A stretch of 64,000 bases of DNA, taken from assembly GCA_052390575.1 (NCBI GenBank), contig JBQTGU010000050.1, positions 262 to 64,261 on the forward strand, given 5' to 3'. The notes beneath the pieces were generated by a model, which worked only from the letters and a program-made list of their open reading frames with translations, was not told the DNA's origin and did no database searches. The position numbers were made by a program, and so were the translations under genes. Origin of the DNA: Actinomycetota bacterium. Its GTDB lineage: Bacteria; Actinomycetota; Acidimicrobiia; IMCC26256; JACDBD01. Shown piece by piece: positions 53,082 through 62,383 of this stretch (the stretch's first letter is position 1; the number at the start of each line of letters is the position of its first letter).

Positions 53082-53365
53082 ACCCGGGTGGCGCCCGCCG
53101 CGACGAGGGCGTCGACCAGCCGGCGGGCGCCCTCCGCCTGCTCGGGCGGGAACGACAGCCCGCTACGCCCGTCGTACTTCCCGCGGTGATTCAGGCGCAG
53201 CAGGGAACGGCCCTTGTGCTCGCCCTCGCGGATCTCGAGCCGGCTCACGAGGAACCGCACGCTCGGTGACTCGGCTCCCTCGATGGAACGGAAGATCTCG
53301 AGTACGCGCCCGTCGAAGACGACAACGAGGTCGTCCTCGACCACGAGCTCCAGCGGTTCACTCAC
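53078..53365 (-). CDS. Small hypothetical protein (95 aa) between the subunit-3-like gene and the GMC flavoprotein gene
   Basis: The GTG start is embedded in GTGAGTGA and overlaps the upstream stop codon. Its own stop codon overlaps the GMC ATG. I recognise no motif. Confidence 0.5.
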   Translation of the reverse strand: MSEPLELVVEDDLVVVFDGRVLEIFRSIEGAESPSVRFLVSRLEIREGEHKGRSLLRLNHRGKYDGRSGLSFPPEQAEGARRLVDALVAAGATRV

Positions 53366-53924
53366 GACCGGAGACCTCCTCGTCGGTGTACCCGCGTGGT
53401 TGCACGTCGCCGGGGAACTGCACCGCCTGCCACGCGGCACCGCCGTGGTTGCCACCGTACTCGGGGGCCGCGTAGGCGCCCTCGCACGCGTGCTGATAGA
53501 GCAGCGCCTTGAACTCGGGCACGGCGTCGAGGCGCGCGTCCTGCTCCTCCGCGGGCAGGGCTGCGTAGTCGGCGCCCAGCGCGGCGAGCCCCTCGACGTA
53601 CCGCTCCTGCCAGCCGGCCACCGGTCCGTTGAACTCGCGCTCGGGGATGCCGCGCGAGCCCTCGACGCGGGTCCGCCACGCCAGCTCCTCGAGGGGGGAG
53701 AGCGGCAGAAACCGGTCGAACGACGCGTCGCCGCCGGCCCGCCCGGAGAACGGGCCCCCGGCCCAGATGCGGGGAGGGTCGACCGCGAACGCGCCCAGGA
53801 CCCCGTCGACGTAGTCGGCGACGCCGAGGGCCCGAGCGCCGGGATGGGCGTCAGCGGCGGGAATCAGGCGCTCGCAGGCCGCCTCGACGACCGCGTATTG
53901 CTCGGGCGTCAGCCAGGCGGGCAC
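53358..53924 (-). CDS. Gluconate 2-dehydrogenase subunit 3 family protein
   Basis: LTPEQYAVVEAACERLIPADAHPGARALGVADYVDGVL matches the typical pattern of that family. The start is uncertain: I used the GTG at 53924, and longer versions would overlap the divergent gene. No obvious Tat signal. Confidence 0.65.
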   Translation of the reverse strand: MPAWLTPEQYAVVEAACERLIPAADAHPGARALGVADYVDGVLGAFAVDPPRIWAGGPFSGRAGGDASFDRFLPLSPLEELAWRTRVEGSRGIPEREFNGPVAGWQERYVEGLAALGADYAALPAEEQDARLDAVPEFKALLYQHACEGAYAAPEYGGNHGGAAWQAVQFPGDVQPRGYTDEEVSGRE

Positions 53925-54024
53925 GGGGCGGGAGCCTACCGATCGCCGAAATGAGTATCGGGTACTCAGGCGCGCGCGGACCGGCCGTGGTCCAATGCCC
54001 ACAGCGGAACCAGAGGAGAAACCA

Positions 54025-54426
54025 GTGGCCAAGACCATCTTCAAGTGGACGACGTTCCTCGCCCCTGTGGTCATCGCGGCCGGGATCGGGGCGTTGATCT
54101 ACGCCTTCGCCAGCGACAGCCACTACGACCCCAACGCGGTGGTGACCGACTCGAACGGGTTCACGTCGCGCGGTGCCTACGTCACCAACTCCGCTTGGGG
54201 GTGGGTCGGCGGGATCGTGCTCTCGGTCGGATGCATCGCGCTCTTCGTCGGCATCTTCGGGTGGGTGTTCAGCGCCGTCTGGGGCGGCGCGAGCAAGGCG
54301 TTGCAGGGCATCTCGGTGCCATCGACGGGCATCACGCCGTCGGGGCCGGCTCCCGGCGTCGCCACGCCCCGCTGGGCGAGCGCGTCCGCGCCCGCGTCCA
54401 CGCCCGCGGGGCCGGGCAAGACGTAG
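54025..54426 (+). CDS. Hypothetical membrane protein (2 TM helices, Pro/Ala/Ser-rich tail)
   Basis: The GTG start follows a GAGGAG SD sequence by 6 nt. The track start is 53995. Confidence 0.55.
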   Translation: MAKTIFKWTTFLAPVVIAAGIGALIYAFASDSHYDPNAVVTDSNGFTSRGAYVTNSAWGWVGGIVLSVGCIALFVGIFGWVFSAVWGGASKALQGISVPSTGITPSGPAPGVATPRWASASAPASTPAGPGKT

Positions 54427-54447
54427 CGCCCTACGCTCGGAGGGTGC

Positions 54448-55164
54448 GTGAGCCGCACCCTCACCTCTGTCGCTTTCGGCATGCTGGTGGTCGCGTGCTC
54501 CGGCAGCGGAAACGATGACCGCGCCCGCCCGGAGCGCACGACCACACCTGCGACAAGCTCACCGCCGACGACCACGCCGGCGGTGACGGCGGCACCGACG
54601 TTCGACGGCCAGGTTGTGGGCGTCCCCGACGCCGCCCGTCTGCACGCGTCGTGGCGACCGGGGTGCCCGGTCCCGCTCGAGGATCTCCGCGTCCTCGGCC
54701 TCGACCATTGGGGTTTCGACGGGGCGGAGCACCGGGGCGAGCTCGTCGTGCACGCCGATCACGCCGAGGCGGTCGTCGGGGTGTTCCGGACGCTCTTCGA
54801 CGCCCGATTTCCGATCGAGCGCATCGAGCTCGTCGACGCGTTCGGGGCCGACGACGACGCGGTCATGGCCGCCAACGACACGTCCGGCTTCAACTGCCGC
54901 GAGGTCGTGGGCCGACCGGGCGTCTGGTCGCAGCATGCGTACGGCCTCGCAATCGACATCAACCCGCTTGTCAACCCCTACGTCCTGCGACCCGACGACG
55001 TGCGCCCGCCCGAGGGCGCGGCCTACCTCGACCGTACGCAAGACGCGGCCGGGTTGATCCGCGCCGGGGACGTCGTCGTGCCGGCGTTCGCCGCCATCGG
55101 GTGGGAGTGGGGCGGCACGTGGGACATGCCCGACTACCAGCACTTCTCCGCCGCCGGCAATTAG
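54448..55164 (+). CDS. M15 family metallopeptidase lipoprotein (D-Ala-D-Ala carboxypeptidase / VanY-like)
   Basis: Lipobox MLVVACSG. HAYGLAIDINP and WEWGGTWDMPDYQHFS motifs. Confidence 0.8.
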   Translation: MSRTLTSVAFGMLVVACSGSGNDDRARPERTTTPATSSPPTTTPAVTAAPTFDGQVVGVPDAARLHASWRPGCPVPLEDLRVLGLDHWGFDGAEHRGELVVHADHAEAVVGVFRTLFDARFPIERIELVDAFGADDDAVMAANDTSGFNCREVVGRPGVWSQHAYGLAIDINPLVNPYVLRPDDVRPPEGAAYLDRTQDAAGLIRAGDVVVPAFAAIGWEWGGTWDMPDYQHFSAAGN

Positions 55165-55173
55165 CGGGACCGG

Positions 55174-57237
55174 CTACGACGCGCTGACGGCGTAGTTGCC
55201 GTGCTCGTCGACCCGGGCGCCGTGCCCGGGCGGCAGCACGAGCACGGTGAACGGCTCCTCGACCAACGCGGGACCCGAGACTTCGGCTCCCGGCCCGAGC
55301 ACCGTGCCGTCGTAGACGGGCGTGTCGACGAACTCGATGCCGAAGTACGCCGGCCGCGAGCCGCGGCGAGCCTGCTGGGCGTCGGCCACAGTGCCGACCT
55401 CGGCCAGCCGGTCCGGCTTCGGTGTGTTGCCCCGGCTGACCAGGCGCACGCCCCGGAGGAGCGGCTGCTGGTTGCGGAAGCAGAAGCCGCGCTCGCGCTC
55501 GTGCTGGTCGTGGAAGCGCTCGGTCAGGTCGAGCAACCCGGGTTCGTCGAGCGCGGCGCCCTCCGGCACCGCCACGCTCATGTCGAAGTTCTGCCCCGGG
55601 TAACACATCTGCGCGTACAGGGCGACGTCGACGTTGTCGGCGGCGAGGCCGGTGGGCTCCATCTCCTTCCGGGCTTCGTCGGTGAGCTCGTGCATCAGCC
55701 CGTGGAGCCGACCCAGGTCCACCTGCGAGAGGGGTACCACGTAGGCCCGCACCATGTCGACGACGTAGTCAGCCACGAGGACGCCCAACGCCGAGAACGC
55801 CGGTGCCGCTTTCGGCACGACGATGCGGTCGATCCCCAGCTCGGCCGCGATGGCCCACGCGTGCACGGGGCCGTTGCCGCCGTAAGCGATGAGCGAGAGC
55901 TCGCGGGCGTCGGCGCCGTGCCCCGCCAGCACCCGGCGGGTGGCGTTGGCCATGTTGGCGTTCACGATCCGCTCGATGCCCCAGGCAGCTTCGACGACGT
56001 CGAGGCCGAGCGGCTCACCCACGTCGCGTTCGATCGCCCGGCGGGCCCCGTCGACGTCGAGTGTCATGCGACCACCGGCGAACCCGTCGACGGGGAGATA
56101 GCCGAGGACGGCGTCGGCATCGGTGACGGTGGGGCGTTCGCCACCGCGCCCGTAGCAGACCGGCCCCGGTTCCGAGCCCGCGCTCTCCGGGCCGACCAGC
56201 AGCGCGCCCTGGCGCACCCGCGCGATCGATCCGCCGCCGGCGCCGACGCTCTGCACGTCGACCATCGGGAGTCCGATGTAATAGCGGTAGCGCCAGTTCC
56301 AGTCGGTCTTGATCTCAGGTCGGCCGCCGCGCACGAGGCAGAGATCGAAGCTGGTCCCGCCCATGTCGACCGAGACGAAGTCGTCGACGCCGGCCTTTCC
56401 CGCCGCCAGCGCCGCCCCCATCACGCCGCCGGTGGGGCCGGACGCGAGCAGCGACACCGCCCGCCGCGACACGTAGTCGGGCGGCATCACGCCGCCGGTC
56501 GACTGCATGATCAGCAGCTGCCCGGCGTATCCGGCGGCCCGCAGCTTCTCCTGGAGCTGACCGATGTAGGCGGCGATGCGGGGGGCGACGTAGGCGTTGA
56601 CGAGAGTGGTCGAGGTGCGCTCGAACTCCGGGCCCCGCGGCATCACCTCGTGCGAGAGGGAGATGTGGGCGACGTCGGGGAACTCCTCCCGGATGATCTC
56701 GGCGGCGCGCCGTTCGTGCTCCGGGTTCACGAAGCTGAACAGGAACATGACCGCGACCGAGTCGACGCCCAGCTTGCGCAACCGCTGCACGCCTCGACGC
56801 ACCGCCTCCTCGTCGAGCGGTTTCAGCACGTCGCCCTCGAAGCTCATCCGCTCGGGGATCGGGATGCGGGCGCGCCGCCGCGCGATCGGCGGGGGGGCAG
56901 GGTACGACGGGTCCCAGATCTGCTCCTTGTGGACCCGCCGCATCTCGATCTCGTCGCGGTGGCCTTCGGTCACGAGCAGGCCGGTGGCGGCGCCGTTCAT
57001 CTCGATCATGGTGTTGTCGGCAGTGGTCGTGCCGTGGACGAGGATGTCGACGTCGGCGCAGAAGTCGCCCACGGGCACTGCGAACCGCTCGGCTAGCTGT
57101 TCGAGGCCGTTCATGACGCCGGTCGACTGGTCGTCGAGGGTCGTCGGCGTCTTGTCGAGGACGACGTGGCCGTCGGGCGTGACGCAGATCAGGTCGGTGA
57201 ACGTGCCGCCGACGTCGATACCGACCCGATAACCCAT
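55174..57237 (-). CDS. Hydantoinase/oxoprolinase family protein, A subunit
   Basis: GIDVGGTFTD N-terminal ATPase motif; 687 aa. It is adjacent to the B subunit. Confidence 0.9.
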   Translation of the reverse strand: MGYRVGIDVGGTFTDLICVTPDGHVVLDKTPTTLDDQSTGVMNGLEQLAERFAVPVGDFCADVDILVHGTTTADNTMIEMNGAATGLLVTEGHRDEIEMRRVHKEQIWDPSYPAPPPIARRRARIPIPERMSFEGDVLKPLDEEAVRRGVQRLRKLGVDSVAVMFLFSFVNPEHERRAAEIIREEFPDVAHISLSHEVMPRGPEFERTSTTLVNAYVAPRIAAYIGQLQEKLRAAGYAGQLLIMQSTGGVMPPDYVSRRAVSLLASGPTGGVMGAALAAGKAGVDDFVSVDMGGTSFDLCLVRGGRPEIKTDWNWRYRYYIGLPMVDVQSVGAGGGSIARVRQGALLVGPESAGSEPGPVCYGRGGERPTVTDADAVLGYLPVDGFAGGRMTLDVDGARRAIERDVGEPLGLDVVEAAWGIERIVNANMANATRRVLAGHGADARELSLIAYGGNGPVHAWAIAAELGIDRIVVPKAAPAFSALGVLVADYVVDMVRAYVVPLSQVDLGRLHGLMHELTDEARKEMEPTGLAADNVDVALYAQMCYPGQNFDMSVAVPEGAALDEPGLLDLTERFHDQHERERGFCFRNQQPLLRGVRLVSRGNTPKPDRLAEVGTVADAQQARRGSRPAYFGIEFVDTPVYDGTVLGPGAEVSGPALVEEPFTVLVLPPGHGARVDEHGNYAVSAS

Positions 57238-57238
57238 C

Positions 57239-59119
57239 TCAGCCGCGTCGTTCCGCCCGCAGGGCGGCCGTTGCCTCCTCGTCGACGGCGAGGGTCAGCT
57301 CCTCGAGCGACCCGGTGAGGACGACGCCGTACTCACGCTCGGCGCCGGCGACGCTCACGTACTCGTCGAGCACGTCGTCGAGGACGGCCTGCGGGTGGCG
57401 ATCGAGCGGGTTGCCCCAGCCGCCGCCTCCGCCGTAGTCGTACATGATCCGCTCGCCCGCGCTGATCGGCACCCAGTCCGCGGTGTGCTGCACGACGAAC
57501 GGGTCGTCGGAGCCGTAGCGGATGACCATCTTGTTGGGCTCGCCGTTCGTGCCGCCGGCGATGCCGGGCATCGGGTACTTCATCCCGACGACGTACGTGT
57601 ACACCTTGGCGTCGACCCGGACTTCCTTCTCGTAGTGGCTCCCGCACAGCCCCCGCCACTGGCCGGCGCCGCCGGAGTCGGTGCGGTAGTCGCGGCTCCA
57701 CTGCACGTGCGGGTACAGGCTCTCGTTGATCTCGGCCGTCGCCTTCCACAGGTTGCCGAACGACGCGTTCTGCGCGCCCCAGGCGTCCATGCCCTTGGCC
57801 GCGTTGCACCAGCCCGCGTACACCTCGGCGGAGTGGTCGGTGAACTTCTGGCCCGTGCGGGGGTCGACACCCACGATGATCGTGGGGATCCCGGTCTTGT
57901 AGGTCTGGGGCACCGCCTTCTCCGGCAGCACGCCCTGCATCGCGACTGCGATCACCTCGCCGACGTCGGCGCCGGGATGGTGCGTGCCCGCGCTCACCGG
58001 CCGGTCGCCGTGGGGGTTGAGGACACAACCCTGCGGCACGACCAGCTTGATCTGGTCGAAGAACCCCTCGTTCTTGGGGATCTCCGGATCCATCATCGAC
58101 GCGATCTGGCCGATCGTGTACCCGCGCGTGTTCCCGAACGTCGACCAGGCCTGGATCTCCTGGCGGGTGTCGCTGCCGGTGTAGTCGATGGTGAGGTCCT
58201 CACCGGCGACGGTGATCTTCACGTGCAAGTGGATGTCGGGATGGCCGAGCGGGTCGTGGTCGACGTAGGCGTCCCCCTCGTAGACGCCGTCGGGCCAGGC
58301 CGCCACCTCCTCGCGGAACCGGCCGGCGGCGTAATCGATCATGTAGTCCACGGCTTCTTCGACGGTTGCGGCACCATGACGGTCGAGTAGGTCGCTCAGC
58401 CGCTTGGCCGCGAGCTGGGCCGCGCCGATCTGCGCCCGCAGGTCGCCGATGTAGTCGGGCAGACGGTTGTTGGCCTGCATAGCGTAGAGGACGTCGCGGC
58501 GCTCGACCCCCCGGTCGATGAGCTTCACCGCCGGCCAGCGCGCGCCCTCGCCCCAGATGTCGTTGGCGGTGACGTTGTAGCCGCCCGGCACCGCGCCGCC
58601 GGTGTCGCCGTGGTGGCACTGGATGCTGGCGATGAGCACCATCCGCCGGCCGCCCTGCCCATCGTCGGCGAAGATCGGCGCGAACACGTTGTAGTCGGGC
58701 AGGTGCCCGCCGCCGTGGTACGGGTCGTTGCCGACGAACACGTCGCCCTCGTGGAAGTCGTCGGCGCCGAAGAACTCGAGCGCGAACCGCACCGGCAGGG
58801 TCGAGGTCAGCATGAACTGGGGGATCCCGACCGAGAGGGCGGCCAGCCGCCCCTTGCCGTCCAGGATCGTGGCGTTGCGCTCGTTGCTCTGGTTGAGGAT
58901 CGGGGTGGTCGCGGTGCGCGAGACGTAGGTCGCCATCTCGAAGCAGACGGTCTCCATCGCGCCCCGGATCACCTCGGCGGTGACCGGGTCGACGGTGGGG
59001 TGCTCGGCCAGGCGACCCCGGTGGCCCGCGAGCTGGACGAGATCGACGTTCACGGTGGCCCCCTCGTCATGTTTTGCGTCGGCCTGGCTGAACTCCGGTG
59101 AACCTGACGCCGACGTCAC
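57239..59119 (-). CDS. Hydantoinase B/oxoprolinase family protein
   Basis: DPVTAEVIRGAMETV N-terminal pattern, about 600 aa, directly upstream of the A subunit. The exact start is uncertain. Confidence 0.85.
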   Translation of the reverse strand: MTSASGSPEFSQADAKHDEGATVNVDLVQLAGHRGRLAEHPTVDPVTAEVIRGAMETVCFEMATYVSRTATTPILNQSNERNATILDGKGRLAALSVGIPQFMLTSTLPVRFALEFFGADDFHEGDVFVGNDPYHGGGHLPDYNVFAPIFADDGQGGRRMVLIASIQCHHGDTGGAVPGGYNVTANDIWGEGARWPAVKLIDRGVERRDVLYAMQANNRLPDYIGDLRAQIGAAQLAAKRLSDLLDRHGAATVEEAVDYMIDYAAGRFREEVAAWPDGVYEGDAYVDHDPLGHPDIHLHVKITVAGEDLTIDYTGSDTRQEIQAWSTFGNTRGYTIGQIASMMDPEIPKNEGFFDQIKLVVPQGCVLNPHGDRPVSAGTHHPGADVGEVIAVAMQGVLPEKAVPQTYKTGIPTIIVGVDPRTGQKFTDHSAEVYAGWCNAAKGMDAWGAQNASFGNLWKATAEINESLYPHVQWSRDYRTDSGGAGQWRGLCGSHYEKEVRVDAKVYTYVVGMKYPMPGIAGGTNGEPNKMVIRYGSDDPFVVQHTADWVPISAGERIMYDYGGGGGWGNPLDRHPQAVLDDVLDEYVSVAGAEREYGVVLTGSLEELTLAVDEEATAALRAERRG

Positions 59120-59163
59120 TCATATCCTACCCTCGGGCCCGCCGGGGCAGTCAGAGGAGCGCC

Positions 59164-59940
59164 GTGACCGACCAACGCGAGTTCAAGGACATCCGGGGAG
59201 GTGGCGCCGAGAACGCCGCCGCGCTGCCCGTCGACGAGTACATGGCGGGCCTGGAGGCGCTCCAGGCCGAGGTCGCGACCGAGAAGAACCTGGTGTGGGA
59301 GCGCGTCGCCGACGGGACGCTCTCGATGGAGCTGCTCCAGCGGTTGTGCAAGGAGTACTACTTCCTGGGCAAGTGGTACACGAGCGAGTTCGGCTCCATC
59401 GTCTCGAACACCCCCGATGTCGATGCCCTCGCTCTCGGCACGAGCGAGCACTTCGTCCACTGGACCCAGAACCTGGCCGACGAGACCGGCTTCGCCGGCG
59501 ACCGCAACCACGTCGACATGAAGATCGAGTGGGCCCGCCAACTCGGGATCACCGACGACGAGCTGCTCTCGTACCGGGCGATGCCCGAGTCGATCGGGTC
59601 GGTGTTCACGACGCTCTACTACATGCGCCGGTCCTACGAGGAGGGGCTGGCCGCGTTCGGCTGGGCCGGCGAGCGGTTCGCGGCATCCACGAACTACGCG
59701 GTGAAGATGTACGAGGGGATGCGCGACCACTACGGCATCGAGGTCGAGAACTTCAAGGTGCACGCCTACGCCGAGGAGGACCACGGCAAGGCGGCCGACT
59801 ACTTGTTGCGCCAGGTCGTGCAGACCGCGGGCCAGCAGCGAAGCGTTCGCCGCGCCGTCGAGCACGTGCTCGTCATGCGTAACGCCCGTACCACCGCGTT
59901 GAACCACTGGCTGGAGGAGCCCGGAGCGCTCCGGAACTAG
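59164..59940 (+). CDS. Heme-oxygenase-like fold protein (PqqC/TenA/iron-containing redox enzyme family)
   Basis: All-helical sequence with carboxylate/His clusters (TSEHFVHW, LADETG, HAYAEEDHG). The GTG start lies 5 nt after a GAGGAG SD sequence. Confidence 0.6.
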   Translation: MTDQREFKDIRGGGAENAAALPVDEYMAGLEALQAEVATEKNLVWERVADGTLSMELLQRLCKEYYFLGKWYTSEFGSIVSNTPDVDALALGTSEHFVHWTQNLADETGFAGDRNHVDMKIEWARQLGITDDELLSYRAMPESIGSVFTTLYYMRRSYEEGLAAFGWAGERFAASTNYAVKMYEGMRDHYGIEVENFKVHAYAEEDHGKAADYLLRQVVQTAGQQRSVRRAVEHVLVMRNARTTALNHWLEEPGALRN

Positions 59941-59951
59941 GTTTCCCGCCG

Positions 59952-61388
59952 ATGGCCGCGCCCCGGACTGTCGACGACCACCTGAGCCTGCTCGAGCAAG
60001 GTCTCCACCCGCGCCCGTCGCGCCCGGCGCGGGTCATCGTCGTCGGCGCGGGCATGGCCGGGCTCGTGGCCGCGTCGGAGCTGCGCAAGGCCGGGCACGA
60101 CGTGACCCTGCTCGAAGCGCAACAGCGCGTCGGCGGCCGGGTCCTCACCCTGCGTGAGCCGTTCGCCCCCGGACTGTGGGGGGAGGCGGGGGCGATGCGG
60201 CTGCCGCGGTCCCATCGGCTCACCATGGAGCTGGTCGACCGGTTCGGTCTCGAGGTGGCGCCGTTCACGATGGACAACCCGCAGGCGTACTGCTGCCTCG
60301 GCGGGCACCAGGTTCGCTTCGCCGACATCGGTGCCGATCCGCGGGCGTTCGGCTTCGAGCTGGCGGAGGCGGAGTGCTGTCCGCCCGCCGATCTCTGGTC
60401 GAAGGCGCTGGCGCCGTTCGCGGGCCGACTCGAGTCCGAGGGCGACGCCGCGTGGGACGCGATCGCCTCGGAGTTCGACCAGTTCGCGGTGCGGGAGTTC
60501 CTCGAGGCGCAGGGTTGGTCGGAAGGCGCGATCGAGATGTTCGGCCTCTGGTTCAACCAGGAGGCGATGATGAACTCGTCGTTCCTCGAGCTCCTGCGCG
60601 AAGAGCTCGGCGGGTACTACAGCGACCTCGTCTACGTCGTCGGTGGGACCGACCTGCTCCCCCGAGCGTTCCTGCCGGAGCTCGCCGATCGCATCCGCTT
60701 CGGCGCCAAGCTCGTTGCCATCGACCAGTCACCCCGCGACGTGACCGCGCACTACCGCACTGGCGCCGGCCGGTTCTCGGTCACCGCGGACTACGCGATC
60801 GTCACCGCGCCCTTCCCGGTGCTCCGGCACGTCGAGGTGCTCACCCCGTTCTCACGGGCCAAGCAGCGCGCCATCCGTCAGCTCCACTACGACGCATCGG
60901 CGAAGGTGTTTCTCCAGTTCCGCCGGCGGTTCTGGGAGGACGACGATGGCATCACGGGCGGGGGCAGTGTCACCGACCTGGCGGTGCGCAACGTCTACTA
61001 CCCCGATCACGGCCGCGACACGGGCCGAGGCGTGATGCTCGCCAGCTACACATGGGGGGAGGACGCCCAACGGTGGGGGAGCCTGTCGCCGGGCGACCGG
61101 ATCGTGCAGGCGCTCGAGGACGTGTCGCGCATCCACCCGCAGGCGCTGGACGAGTTCGAGGTCGGCGCGTCGAAGATGTGGCACGACGACGAGTTCGCCG
61201 GGGGTGCGTTCGCGCTCTTCGACCCCGGCCAGCAGACCCTGCTTTACGAAGCGGTCGTCGCGCCCGAGGGTCGCATCCACTTCGCCGGCGAGCACGCGTC
61301 GCTCGCGCACGCGTGGATCCAGGGCGCGATCGAGTCGGGCCTCCGGGCGGCCTCCGAGGTCCACGAGGCCGCGGCCGGCACGACCTAG
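59952..61388 (+). CDS. Flavin-containing amine oxidase (L-amino-acid / monoamine oxidase family)
   Basis: VIVVGAGMAGLVAASELRKAGHDVTLLEAQQRVGGRV dinucleotide motif and a C-terminal FAGEHAS motif. Confidence 0.85.
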   Translation: MAAPRTVDDHLSLLEQGLHPRPSRPARVIVVGAGMAGLVAASELRKAGHDVTLLEAQQRVGGRVLTLREPFAPGLWGEAGAMRLPRSHRLTMELVDRFGLEVAPFTMDNPQAYCCLGGHQVRFADIGADPRAFGFELAEAECCPPADLWSKALAPFAGRLESEGDAAWDAIASEFDQFAVREFLEAQGWSEGAIEMFGLWFNQEAMMNSSFLELLREELGGYYSDLVYVVGGTDLLPRAFLPELADRIRFGAKLVAIDQSPRDVTAHYRTGAGRFSVTADYAIVTAPFPVLRHVEVLTPFSRAKQRAIRQLHYDASAKVFLQFRRRFWEDDDGITGGGSVTDLAVRNVYYPDHGRDTGRGVMLASYTWGEDAQRWGSLSPGDRIVQALEDVSRIHPQALDEFEVGASKMWHDDEFAGGAFALFDPGQQTLLYEAVVAPEGRIHFAGEHASLAHAWIQGAIESGLRAASEVHEAAAGTT

Positions 61389-62380
61389 ATCAGCAGGTCA
61401 GCGAGACGGTCGTGATGGTCGGCGCGGGTACCGAGCCAGTGCTCGGACCCGAACGCCCGCCGGATGAAGAGGTGGAGGTCGTGCTCCCACGTGTACCCGA
61501 TGCCGCCGTGGATCTGGATGCCGTCCTTGGCTGCGCGGGTGGCGGCGGCGCCGGCGGCGGCCTTGGCCACGTGGGTCGCCCGGTGGCGCCCGACGGCGTC
61601 GTCGGCGTCGTGGGTCATGGCGGCGTACTGCACCGCGCTGGTGGCTCGCTCGAGCTCGAGGGCCATGTCGGCCAGCTTGTGCTGGATCGCCTGGAACGAG
61701 CCGATGGGGACGTCGAACTGGATGCGCTCCTTGGCGTAGGCGAGCGTCATGTCGAAGAGGCGCCGAGCGGTGCCCACCATCTCCGCCGCCACGGCAACCG
61801 TCGCCCGCTCGATCAGCGACGTCAGGGCGTCCGGCGGGAGCGCGACCGCGTCCGAGAGATCGACGGCCGCGGTATCGACTTCGAACAGGCGTCGGGTGGT
61901 GTCGACGGTGACGACGAGGCGCGTCGGGGGAGCGCGAACCAGTGCCACCGCGTGCTCGCCCGTGACCACCCCGACCCAATCGACCCGGTCGGCCTCGGGC
62001 ACGAACGTCTTGACCGGGTCGTCGTTGACGGCCCAGACGCCGTCGACGCCGGCGATGGCGACCGTCCCGGTGACCTCGCCCGCCAGCACCGCGGGGAGCA
62101 ACTCGTGCCCGATTGCAGCGAGCAGCGGCGCGAACAGCGCGGTCGACGCGAAGAACGGCCCGGGCGCGGCGACGTACCCCGTCTCCTCCAGGAAGAGATG
62201 CAGGTCGGCGAGCGGGCCGCCGCCGAGCCCGGCGAACTCGCGCAGGTGCGTCCACAGTGGATCGGCGGCTGCGGGGTCGTCCATGTGCGCGCGCAGCAGT
62301 GACGGGGGGCACTCGGCCGCCAGCAGCGAGCGCGCCGTGTCCCGCAGCAGCTCCTGGTCGGGCGACAAGCTGAAGTCCAC
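61385..62380 (-). CDS. Acyl-CoA dehydrogenase family protein (short, beta-subunit-like)
   Basis: IQIHGGIGYTWEHDLHLFIRRA C-terminal ACAD motif. It is 331 aa long and starts 4 nt after the upstream ACAD gene. Confidence 0.8.
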   Translation of the reverse strand: MDFSLSPDQELLRDTARSLLAAECPPSLLRAHMDDPAAADPLWTHLREFAGLGGGPLADLHLFLEETGYVAAPGPFFASTALFAPLLAAIGHELLPAVLAGEVTGTVAIAGVDGVWAVNDDPVKTFVPEADRVDWVGVVTGEHAVALVRAPPTRLVVTVDTTRRLFEVDTAAVDLSDAVALPPDALTSLIERATVAVAAEMVGTARRLFDMTLAYAKERIQFDVPIGSFQAIQHKLADMALELERATSAVQYAAMTHDADDAVGRHRATHVAKAAAGAAATRAAKDGIQIHGGIGYTWEHDLHLFIRRAFGSEHWLGTRADHHDRLADLLI

Positions 62381-62383
62381 CCG

